DNA of 64,000 nt, from the IMG/VR virus record IMGVR_UViG_3300013121_000029, positions 133,595 through 197,594 of that record. One strand, 5' to 3'. The notes below the pieces were generated by a model. It was not told the origin of the DNA, made no database searches, and worked only from the letters and a program-made list of their open reading frames with translations. The position numbers were made by a program, and so were the translations under genes. This DNA is from a virus (taxonomy: Duplodnaviria > Caudoviricetes). How positions within the stretch are numbered: the first letter of the stretch is position 1; every line of letters starts with the position of its first letter. Below are positions 21,232 to 30,510 of the stretch, one piece after another.

Positions 21232-21756
21232 TTAATTCTTTAATTCGATGGTCGTCAACCATTCTTTAAAATCATCTGTATTTTTTATATTATCAGAAAC
21301 AATAACAGTTCCGATTTTTCCTAATCCTAAAGGAATGTTCTCAATTATTGTTCCCAAATCTTTCAACTTCCATCTAGCAATAGAATTGTAAATCCTCATT
21401 CGCTTGTCTGTATTATCTGTAGCAACAAATATCAGTGCGTCATAATCAAAATAATCTTTTTTCTCATACAATGCATTTACCACTACACCCATAACAACAG
21501 AAGCGGATTTGTTATCATAGGTTGGTTTTGTTGACCATTCGTTTTTATTTTTTATTTGAAACGCTACATTAAGGCAATTAAATTTATTTTGATATACAAA
21601 TGGTTCAAAAAGCACACGATATTGAGCATTATTTACTTCAAAATCCCCACAATATGCTCCCTGATCATGATACCAGTTTACTTCTCTTGTTGCATTAAAC
21701 ACTTCATATAAATCAACTACATATCCATCTGAAGATACTAATTCCTGGAGTTTCAT
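21232..21756 (-). CDS. MKLxE-family protein, paralog 3 of 3
   Basis: MKLQELVSS; DALIF.A.D.TDKRMRIYN. Confidence 0.8.
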   Translation of the reverse strand: MKLQELVSSDGYVVDLYEVFNATREVNWYHDQGAYCGDFEVNNAQYRVLFEPFVYQNKFNCLNVAFQIKNKNEWSTKPTYDNKSASVVMGVVVNALYEKKDYFDYDALIFVATDNTDKRMRIYNSIARWKLKDLGTIIENIPLGLGKIGTVIVSDNIKNTDDFKEWLTTIELKN

Positions 21757-21820
21757 TATATATTAACACCATGTCCTTTCAAATATAAACCTTAAAATAG
21801 TTAGGACTAATTACAATTAG

Positions 21821-21936
21821 TGGCAAATGTGTCCAGCTCTCAGGGTTGGACTCGAACCAACGATGGCTTTCGCACGTGATTAACAGTCACGCCCCTGCTA
21901 CCAACTCGGGTACCTGAGAGCTCGACACACTCACCA
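21821..21936 (-). tRNA. tRNA-Asn (GUU) core (21837-21919) embedded in a 24-bp terminal stem
   Basis: CGTGA-CT GTT AA-TCACG, TTCGAGT T loop; no CCA after discriminator; flanks pair with each other. Confidence 0.8.
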
Positions 21937-21954
21937 ATTACTCTCTTCGAAACA

Positions 21955-22074
21955 TGGTCGGAAATAAAGGATTTGAACCTTTAACCCTTTGCTCGGTCTA
22001 TACACTTTTAATCTACTTAATTGTAGAAATGTACACACCAAAGCAAATACTCTACCCAGTTGAGCTAATTTCCG
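21955..22074 (-). tRNA. tRNA-Pro (UGG) with a 43-nt insert after the anticodon (21995-22037)
   Basis: CGGAAAT acceptor, canonical D/T arms; removing the insert gives TTTGC-TT TGG GA-GCAAA. Confidence 0.75.
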
Positions 22075-22276
22075 TTTAAATAATTTGAGATTCGCGTGTT
22101 TCTCCACCAATCTCCCTAACCATTTATTCAATAATTAGCTACTTTAATTCATTATTGATTGCCTTTCGCAGATCCATTTACCTTAAATATTACTAGCTCC
22201 ATGCATAGGCAATCCGAACAGGCTTCATATTTAAGACCTTCTTTGAAGAAGGCTGATCACATTCGTAAGAAAAATA

Positions 22277-22293
22277 TTATATCTTATTTAGTA
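22277..22293 (-). promoter_or_regulatory. late promoter (CTAAATA) for tRNA block, repeated identically at 28108-28124
   Basis: 17-bp TTATATCTTATTTAGTA duplicated upstream of two RNA-gene blocks; resembles T4 late TATAAATA. Confidence 0.6.
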
Positions 22294-22300
22294 GTTGGGA

Positions 22301-23986
22301 TCAACTTTTTAAATTAGAAATTATTTGTTTTAATAAACCATCCCTTTCAGTCGTTTTAACTTGCTTTCCTTTCAATACGTCTTTAACTAATTGAACATCT
22401 TTTTCCCAATGTTTTTTATCCAACCAAAAATCTTGAATTTTTGGATTAACTAATCTAAAAACATCGCAAATCAAATCAACTAATTCTTGACCATTAAGGT
22501 CATGAGAAAAACTAAATTCATAAGAAGTGCCTTTAAAGCAATTCTTCTTGTGTCCGTCACTAAAAATAAACAATTGAACACCATATTGTTTGTGTTCAAA
22601 AACCCAAACGCCAGGATTACTTTCATACCCTTTCATGGTAACATTTGGTTTTCCGAATTGTGAAACAACATCACCATCCACATAATCAGTCACCAAAAAA
22701 GCCTTAATAAGATCAGCAATTCTAAAATTATATGGTTTCTGTACTTTATGAGACAAGTTAAGCAGAGTTTCTGTGTCTGCTTGTTCTATATCTTTAATTG
22801 TATATTTTTTAGTTACACGAGTAAACATATATAATCTCAATTATTCGACTATTATACTATGTTTATTCGACTAATTCAACTGAAAAAAGTACTTCTTGAA
22901 TTTCAAACCTTGGTGCAACTTTTTCATAATCACTCACAGTAGTACAAGAATCTGGATAACGTGCTCCAAATCTTGTAAACCATGCTCCTTCATAACCATA
23001 ACACTCAGTTGCAATCTTTGCCATATCCTTTGCTTGTTCAATGTGTTCTTCAAATAAAAAGATAGCATCAGTTAAATCATTTGTAGTTACTAACGCACCA
23101 CCGGGAGGAGTAGGTCTAGCATAATCACCACGTAACCATTCCGGAGTAATATGTAATCCATCTACTTCATAATAGCAATCACGTTTGGGATTCATGTTTC
23201 TAATAACATATGCTTTACGACAATTTTTCTTGCTTTCTTTGACTTCAATTATACTAGGCATTGTGTATAGATGAGCAATAGTATTTGCAGCAAGAAAATC
23301 TGTATCTAATTCTCGCATATCGTGAATGTATTCAGATGCTAACAATAATTGTTCCTTATCGAATTCAGTAGGAACCTCAATTTTGTTAATTCTTACATAT
23401 TGTTGATCTTGATCAGAACTCTCTTCTTTATATCTAACCATTTTAGACAAACGTAGCAAATCCTTAATAGACATATCTTCAAAATCTTGGTCGTACAATG
23501 GTATATCTCCGTATGATGAGCGAAGAACAATTTCTCCTCCGCCAAATGTATAAGAACAAATTATACAAAATACATATTCATTATTTTCTTGATAATGAGC
23601 TGTGCCGTCATCATCTAATTCAAGTCCTAATCGTTTACAAATTCGTTCGAATTTATTTTTCTTCATAATAAGTTAAACCATCTTTTTCTATAGTTATGAT
23701 ATATTATCCATCATTTATTAAAAACCCGTTCATAAGAACGAATAGGACTACGATCTTGTTTACAACATTTTACATTAAATTTCCAATCACGATCACGAAG
23801 CAATTCTCGTTGTGTTAGAGCGTTAACAAATAAATTAAGATCACCATCTTCTTCAAGATAAATCGTTTTTCCTTTTTGATAAGAATAAATGCTGATTTGG
23901 TTTAGAATACCAAGCTCGGCCAGATAGTCACGTTTGACAGCTACCCACCCGTGACCTGCATCGACATAATAATTGTATATCTTCAT
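22301..23986 (-). other. three hypothetical CDS (22301-22840, 22863-23666, 23711-23986 DAGHGW/LEEDGD family)
   Basis: ORF track. Confidence 0.65.
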
Positions 23987-25380
23987 ACTGGTTCGATCCT
24001 ACTAAACATTTCTTCGATCTTCATATATCCTTCAACTTTGATCAACTTATCTAAATGATACGATGAAGGTCCGTAGGTTTTATTAACCAAATCCATATAC
24101 ATTGAATACTTTCCTTCTTCAACATGGTACAACCATTCAGGAATAGAACTTGCTTTAAGTTGGTCTAGATATTTTGCAGCCAATGTTGTATCAATACTAA
24201 TTCTTCCGAGCGATTTTGCTTGATGTTGTTCCTCAAGTACAGACAACCATTCGCTTTCATTAAACGTTTCCCAACGTTTGTTTACAACAATTTGTTTATA
24301 TGCATCACCACGACCTGTTGTTTTATATCCAAGTAATGTGACACGAACATTATGTTTATTACACCACGACAATAATTGTTGTAGTTGATACTTGTTAAAG
24401 ATTGCAGGAATGATTTGAATAGTGAATTTCTTCAAATCATAACCACGATAGCTAAAAATATCATAAATTCGTTGTAGAATAGATTCTGAATTGGGACTAG
24501 CACTATAAGCAAATGCCCCTGTACATGCAAGAATTCTCCTTGCACGTCGTTCGTCTTCTAGCCAGTCAGTACTTTTTGTGGTGAAGTTTGCTACTACACC
24601 ATGATATGCTAATGATTCACAAAAACTTTCAAATGATGGACATTGAGTTGGCTCACCACCACCAATTGCTACTTCGAATACGTTTGCTTCTCCAATAGGA
24701 TATGCAGCAGTACATCTATCATCCATGTGCTTTCCTTGCGGAGTGCTTCCTTGATAACAATAAGCACATCCATGAGTACAATAATCAGTAATTTTCGCAT
24801 CAATAAGCAAAGGAGTAGTTGGCTTATATGGTTGTGGGTTATCTTCAAAAGAAAAGATAACACGATTGCCGTTGGTTCTGTCGTACAATGTCCACCATTC
24901 GCCATCTTTACGACATACCATACGAGGTCCTTCAGAATACCAATTCCCGAACGACTTTACTTTTGATTCATCGTATAGATCATGTGTAGTGTCTTCGTTA
25001 TCGTTTCCACCTAAAATAACGACACCATCTCTTAGAAGATATTGGCGAAAGTCGTTGAAAAAATCAATACTGATATTGGTAGTTCCGAAATCATATGGCA
25101 ATGTATATTGTGATTGATGGTCTACATGTTCTTCTGTAGTTGGTAAGTCAAGACCTTTAAGAATTGCTCGAACTAACGGTTGTGAAAAACCTTGAAGATT
25201 TTGTTGGAGCGTAGCTGCCAAATATTCTTCTTTTGCTTCTTTAGATGCTAACGTGAAAAACGACCACCCAAAGTCATAATAATCATCAGTTGCTTTGGTA
25301 ACTGGGTCAAAAATAATACTATGACTACTTGAACTGTTAGTTGCATGTCCTAGTCTAACATTATGAATTTTCATTAGCAC
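23983..25380 (-). CDS. radical SAM protein with N-terminal TNSSSSHS domain
   Basis: CTHGCAYCY (CX3CX2C) and IGGGEPT motifs. Confidence 0.88.
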   Translation of the reverse strand: MLMKIHNVRLGHATNSSSSHSIIFDPVTKATDDYYDFGWSFFTLASKEAKEEYLAATLQQNLQGFSQPLVRAILKGLDLPTTEEHVDHQSQYTLPYDFGTTNISIDFFNDFRQYLLRDGVVILGGNDNEDTTHDLYDESKVKSFGNWYSEGPRMVCRKDGEWWTLYDRTNGNRVIFSFEDNPQPYKPTTPLLIDAKITDYCTHGCAYCYQGSTPQGKHMDDRCTAAYPIGEANVFEVAIGGGEPTQCPSFESFCESLAYHGVVANFTTKSTDWLEDERRARRILACTGAFAYSASPNSESILQRIYDIFSYRGYDLKKFTIQIIPAIFNKYQLQQLLSWCNKHNVRVTLLGYKTTGRGDAYKQIVVNKRWETFNESEWLSVLEEQHQAKSLGRISIDTTLAAKYLDQLKASSIPEWLYHVEEGKYSMYMDLVNKTYGPSSYHLDKLIKVEGYMKIEEMFSRIEPV

Positions 25381-25742
25381 TCCGTAATAGCAATATCTGT
25401 AATTTCAATATATCCAGTGTCAACGCTCTCAAGAGTAATCCCACTTGACCCATCAAGATAAGGCCATCCTTCTTCTCCTGCCATGTGTTTGATCATTGAT
25501 TTGGTATCAAGATTATAGTAGGCATCGGTCACAGCAAGAATGCGACCAAGTTTGGCGAGGAAGCATTGAGTATAATCACCATCGAACAAGGCTAATTCTC
25601 GTTGCCATCCGCTCCAGAACTCAACTGTTTCTTTAATAATTTCTTCAGTGGAATATTGGTCAGTAGTAATGTGATCGAAATCAATTTCGATCATGGCACT
25701 AAAATTAGTTTCAAAGTGCTCAAGAAGATATCGTTTTTTCAT
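25374..25742 (-). CDS. DUF2528-like protein
   Basis: EFWSGW...EEGWPYLDGSSGITL. Confidence 0.6.
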   Translation of the reverse strand: MKKRYLLEHFETNFSAMIEIDFDHITTDQYSTEEIIKETVEFWSGWQRELALFDGDYTQCFLAKLGRILAVTDAYYNLDTKSMIKHMAGEEGWPYLDGSSGITLESVDTGYIEITDIAITEC

Positions 25743-25743
25743 T

Positions 25744-26564
25744 TTATTCTCCCTCCATAATCATATCAATGTAAGTTTTATTTTGTTCAGTATAACTTGG
25801 TCCTTCAAACTCTTCTGGATATACAATGATACCAATTCTTTGAGTGATTGATCCAATTCTATCAAAACTATTTTCAATGTAGAAAAGAAAAATAAATGGA
25901 TATGATTTTGGCTCCATTCCTTGAACAAAACAAAATTCTTTGGTATATGAACTCTGGTCTAATTGTTCACTTAAAATGTCATTATCGAACTCATCATTAA
26001 AGAGGTCAATAGGAGTATATCCTGGTTCACAACTATCAAATCCCCAATTAACAACATATTTTTGTTTTGTATCATCAGTGTAAGCACTAACGAACGCAAT
26101 CCCGAAGAATCTTTCTAGTTCTTCGAGATTATCAAAACCAAAATCTCCACCAATTTCATCTACACAATCACTTACTAGTTTTTCAAAATCCGCACGAGAT
26201 TTAATTAGAATTCTGTTCATTTTCTATTATCCTGAATTACACGACCATATATTTCCTGTTGAATTTTACTTGGCGGTCGTTCAATTAAAAATCCAATTGG
26301 TAGTTGATTGTCGATCAATCTAACAACATTAAGATTAACAAATTGTGTATATTCACGACCTTTTGTGTTAAGCAATGCTTGATGATATTGACGTAGTGTT
26401 TTTCCGACCCAAAACGGAATTCTCCATTTTGCGTATTGCCAATAAATGGTAGAGTCACCTTCATCATCTGTGTGTAAAGTATAATAGGAATTTGGGAGAA
26501 TGGTCCGTACTAGATCATTCACTTCAATAATATCATCCCAATCGAGATATTGAATAGTTTTCAT
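25744..26564 (-). other. two hypothetical CDS (25744-26220, 26217-26564)
   Basis: ORF track; second start trimmed to MKTIQ downstream of TATAAT. Confidence 0.6.
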
Positions 26565-26639
26565 TTTTGAAATAGTTTCTCTCTTCAACTCTATTATTAT
26601 ACGATGATCAAAAATGAAACTCAAATGAAATTTATTGGT

Positions 26640-26932
26640 TATTGAATATCCACCCACCAACAGTCCTGTGTTTCGAATTGCCCCCTATTTCATCGATAGT
26701 GCATCTTTATATTCGGGTCACACCAGTCTAGCATTTACCCATCTTTTGGATGGTTTATTTCGACTCTGGCATTTATTACAAATAATTACAACACGGTTTT
26801 GTTGCTTTCGTAACCGGACTACCATGTCCTGTTCTCACTTTCAACACCGTAAGTTTCGTTAACACAGTGAGACTTCGGCCAGTCAATAATAGAACGTACG
26901 TCAGACTGGCAATTGAGTACGTTCTTGGTTCA
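26640..26932 (-). ncRNA. candidate large structured ncRNA (about 290 nt) downstream of tRNA-Arg
   Basis: H-type pseudoknot (9 bp + 7 bp) at 26878-26925, several further stems, no credible minus-strand ORF. Confidence 0.6.
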
Positions 26933-26939
26933 CATAATA

Positions 26940-27016
26940 TGGCCTGCTCACCTGGGCTCGAACCAGGAACCTGTGGCTTAGAAGGCCACTGCGCTATCCA
27001 ATTGTGCCATGAGCAG
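26940..27016 (-). tRNA. tRNA-Arg (UCU)
   Basis: GTGGC-CT TCT AA-GCCAC; CCA. Confidence 0.92.
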
Positions 27017-27146
27017 TTTAAACTGTTACAAACTCTTTAATATATGATTATTATATATGATTCTTTATTGTTACTCAACGTTTTTGTTTTGGTAACGAGG
27101 GATCGTTTCGTTGATAAATAATATAATAAAACAGGAAATAAAATAT

Positions 27147-28028
27147 ATGTTTAAATGCCCCGATTGTGAACGAGAATTCGAATCTGTATATCGTCTTAAT
27201 TCTCATAAACGCGTCCACAAACCCAATTATAATAAACGTGCAGGATATGAAAAAGGTGCTGGAATTGCAGCAAATGAAGCATATCAAGCACGTCTCGAAG
27301 AATACGAGAAAAATCCTAGATTGTGTAAAGAATGTTCTATACCATTGCCTTATACTCGAACAAGTAGTAAAAAACAATTTTGCTCTTCATCATGTGCAGC
27401 TTCATATAATAATGCTCATCGCGAAACAAAAACAACTAAAATACGAAATCGTGATAAGCCATTAAGAAAGAAACGTACAATAGTCGAAAAAATTCTTCTT
27501 AACTGTGCAACGTGTGAGAAACAAGTTTACATTAATCCTAGTCTTAAACATAGGAAATGTTGCAGCAAGGAATGTTCACAAGTATATAGAAAACATAATC
27601 TCGAACATAAAGAAAAACTTTCAAAAGCAGGACGTAAATCAGCAGAAAATCAACAAACTCAAAAACGCAGTAAAAACGAAATATTATTTTCAACGTTGTG
27701 TTTAAATAGTTGGCCTGATACTATTTCAAACGTAGCAATGTTTAATGGATGGGATGCTGATGTTATTATTCCATCTTTACGTGTGGCCGTTCTTTGGAAC
27801 GGCCCATGGCATTATACAAAAATAACAAAGAAACATTCAGTAGAACAAGTACAAAATAGAGACAATATTAAACAAAATGAAATAAAAAAATACGGATTTG
27901 TGCCATATGTAATTCAAGACCTGGGTAAATTTAATTCCAAATTCGTCTATGAACAATTTGAAAATTTCAAATTGTTCATAGACGGTCATGTGGTAGCGGG
28001 GGAGAGATTCGAACTCTCGAGGCAATGA
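27147..28028 (+). CDS. free-standing zinc-finger + PD-(D/E)XK (Vsr-like) endonuclease
   Basis: C2H2 finger, FCSSSC repeats, RSKNE...GWDADVIIPSLRVAVLWNGPWHY; GATAAATA upstream. Confidence 0.75.
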   Translation: MFKCPDCEREFESVYRLNSHKRVHKPNYNKRAGYEKGAGIAANEAYQARLEEYEKNPRLCKECSIPLPYTRTSSKKQFCSSSCAASYNNAHRETKTTKIRNRDKPLRKKRTIVEKILLNCATCEKQVYINPSLKHRKCCSKECSQVYRKHNLEHKEKLSKAGRKSAENQQTQKRSKNEILFSTLCLNSWPDTISNVAMFNGWDADVIIPSLRVAVLWNGPWHYTKITKKHSVEQVQNRDNIKQNEIKKYGFVPYVIQDLGKFNSKFVYEQFENFKLFIDGHVVAGERFELSRQ

Positions 28029-28090
28029 GCTTTCGCTCCAAGGCAATAGGTTATGAGCCTATCCGGATACCAGACTTCCGACACCCCGCA
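27991..28090 (-). tRNA. initiator-like tRNA-Met (CAU) with 27-nt variable arm
   Basis: U1-U72 mismatch, GCGGGG acceptor, ATAGG-CT CAT AA-CCTAT, extra GAGC-GAAA-GCTC hairpin, CCA. Confidence 0.8.
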
Positions 28091-28137
28091 TCAAACTTAA
28101 AGAAAAATTATATCTTATTTAGTAAATTGGTACAACA

Positions 28138-28981
28138 TTAAGTAAGTTGTTGAATCAGATCCATGGCATATTTCATTAACCAATATTCACGCATATACGT
28201 AATTTGATACAAATCAATTGCACTAGGAATGAAAATAATCATACCAAAGAATCCACCAATGAGTCTTGATGCAATCCGAGTGCTTGGTATATCTCCACGA
28301 TCCCATTCTCCAGAACCAGCAGTTTCAGGTAGAGATTCTTTCCATTTATTCAAGAGAAATGGAATAATAAACAATCCACTAATCATTATAATCAAACCAA
28401 TCGATACCCATGTTACATACAAATACGTTTTGTATGTGATAATTTGTTCAACTACTACAGGCACATTTGCATTAACAATCGTGGTAATATCGACCATTTG
28501 CTTAAGCAGGTCGGCCATTGATGAAATCAATTGTTCGTTTGCAGTAGTCATGATAGCATGCCCTTAATACGATCTTTCATTGCTTCGCGAACTTTCTCGT
28601 GAGAACAATTAAGGTCATGTTGAAGATCACCAGTGATGAACTTATCGAAATCACCATTGTAGAAATCGTAAAACTCTTGTCCTTCGAGCATACGAAGTAC
28701 TGCATTAACTTGTTCATCGGTGAATGAAACTTTGCTCATTGTTTCCTCTTCAATTCGTTAAGTTCTTTTAACATTTGTTCAAATTCTTCAAACAATTTAT
28801 CAAACTTCATATTATACAATGTCTCTAACCCAATCAATACATTCAATAGTTGATCTTCTGTTAGTCCTTTATCACCATATTGTTGGTATATAACTTTGAT
28901 GTCGTCAGTAATCTGCCAACAACTAAGAATACTTTGTTCAACGTCGAGTTGTTTTGATGACATATAATCTCTCTCTCTCAA
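28138..28981 (-). other. three hypothetical CDS (28138-28551 membrane, 28548-28739, 28736-28981)
   Basis: ATGA-overlapping ORFs. Confidence 0.65.
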
Positions 28982-29081
28982 TTTATGAGTCTATTATACT
29001 GTAGAACGATTGTGAAATCAAATGAATTACATGGGACCTCTTCCATTCGAACTCATAAATACACAAAAGAATAATTACGCA

Positions 29082-29948
29082 ATGGGTAACTTTACATACA
29101 CGGAAGAACAATTATTACAAGAATTAATTGATTTCAATAACACTCACGGAAGACCACCTGCTATTTCAGATTTTGGACATAGAAGTAAAACATTTCGTCA
29201 TAGATTTGGTAGCTGGAATAATGCATTAATTAGAGCTGGAATTTGTACGTTTGAATATCCCAACAAACAAAATCTAAATTGTGATGTGTGTAACACACAA
29301 TATACCAGACCTTCCCATTATAAAAAACACACTAACAATTTTTGTTCAAGAAAATGTAAAGATCATCACGATCAAACATCATTAGAGTATAAATCTTTTA
29401 GAAAAGAAATAGGAACAAGAGTTTTTAGTAAAATAAAAGAAAATATTCCAAAGTATTGTTATATTTCGTTTATTACTTGTAAAGTATGTAATAAGTTATT
29501 TTCAGTACGATCATCAAAACAAGCTAATAACAAAACATGTAGTACAGACTGTCAACGAGTTATATTGTCTCAATCAGGATTGAAAGTATATACTTACAAC
29601 AACAAACGATCTAAAAATGAAATCTCCCTTGGTGAGATATTGTCCTATTATTATCCTGATATATTGTATAATGAACCAATGTTTAATGGTTGGGATGCTG
29701 ATATTATCATACCATCGTTAAAATTGGCAATTTTATGGAATGGAGCTTGGCATTATACTAAAATTACAAAAAAGCATTCTCTCCCTAAAGTACAAAACAG
29801 AGATCAAATTAAAATGAAAGAGATATTAAAGGCAAATTTTTCTTTTATTGTGATTAAAGATTTTAAAAACAAAATGACACCATCACGAGCAGCTCAAACA
29901 GTTGTAGACTTAATTCAGAACCGAATTTACAACTGTTCGATATATTAA
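29082..29948 (+). CDS. free-standing endonuclease, paralog of 27147-28028
   Basis: FGSWNNAL repeat, Cys fingers, RSKNE...MFNGWDADIIIPSLKLAILWNGAWHYTKITKKHS; ATAAATA upstream. Confidence 0.75.
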   Translation: MGNFTYTEEQLLQELIDFNNTHGRPPAISDFGHRSKTFRHRFGSWNNALIRAGICTFEYPNKQNLNCDVCNTQYTRPSHYKKHTNNFCSRKCKDHHDQTSLEYKSFRKEIGTRVFSKIKENIPKYCYISFITCKVCNKLFSVRSSKQANNKTCSTDCQRVILSQSGLKVYTYNNKRSKNEISLGEILSYYYPDILYNEPMFNGWDADIIIPSLKLAILWNGAWHYTKITKKHSLPKVQNRDQIKMKEILKANFSFIVIKDFKNKMTPSRAAQTVVDLIQNRIYNCSIY

Positions 29949-29950
29949 AT

Positions 29951-30249
29951 TGGTGGGCCTTCTCGGATTCGAACCGAGGACCAAGCGATTCAAGTTTGTG
30001 TTGATTTCTCAACTCCCTGGACTATCCCTTCACCGTACTGTTTTAAATAAGTCTTAGGTGGATGCCGTCTAGTCTCTACACCTTCAAATAATGTTAGTAC
30101 ATTATAAGCTTGGCTCGGGATTGCCTTCAACATTACTTGGTAAGGTTTCCCCGAATTTGACATCTTTTCATCTCAAAGTTTCCTAAGAGAGACACTGTGT
30201 AATGTGCACAATGAGTCGCGTGCTCTTAAACCAACTGAGCTAAAGGCCC
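29951..30249 (-). tRNA. tRNA-Ile2 (CAU), interrupted by group I intron
   Basis: Exons GGGCCTT...GCGACTCAT | AATCGCTTGGTC...GGCCCACCA resemble bacterial tRNA-Ile2. Confidence 0.88.
29991..30210 (-). mobile_element. group I (IC3, Azoarcus-type) self-splicing intron, 220 nt
   Basis: GTCAAATTCGGGGAAACC, GAGCCAAGC, GAAGGTGTAGAGACTAGACGGCA.CCACCTAAG, GGTGAAGG.ATAGTCCAGGGAG; U before 5' site with P1 U-G pair; terminal G. Confidence 0.92.
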
Positions 30250-30256
30250 GTTAAAA

Positions 30257-30442
30257 TTAACGACTTACATCCCTTTCTTCATTATCCTCTTCAAGATCAT
30301 CACGAATTTCTTCTGAACAAAGTTGCCTTTCACGACGTTTAACCATACGATCATGCTTTTTTCGTTCGCGTGGAGCAGGTCCGCAACAAACGCAATTACG
30401 TCCGCCAGGACCATATCTTGAGATTTTAGTATACTTTGCCAT
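30257..30442 (-). CDS. small basic Cys-containing protein
   Basis: GPGGRNCVCC...KRRER; GAGGA RBS; structured leader. Confidence 0.65.
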   Translation of the reverse strand: MAKYTKISRYGPGGRNCVCCGPAPRERKKHDRMVKRRERQLCSEEIRDDLEEDNEERDVSR

Positions 30443-30510
30443 TGTTCCTCTCTGACCAGGGGTTGCTTATGCACCCCCTTTTTCTATGGGTCAGCTTACG
30501 CTCACCAGTA

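Noticed and set aside
18677-22131. Short ORFs overlapping tRNA genes (18677, 18989, 19752, 20265, 20834, 21931)
   Set aside because: They are translations of tRNA or ncRNA sequence.
22157-22235. Canonical HDV-like/theta ribozyme
   Set aside because: No G1, no UCCNCG-type L3 and no P1.1 pairing; kept only as a pseudoknot.
26640-26932. RNase P RNA, tmRNA or group I intron
   Set aside because: Lacks GAGGAAAGUCC/GGCUUA, tRNA-Ala-like ends and the R/S intron motifs.
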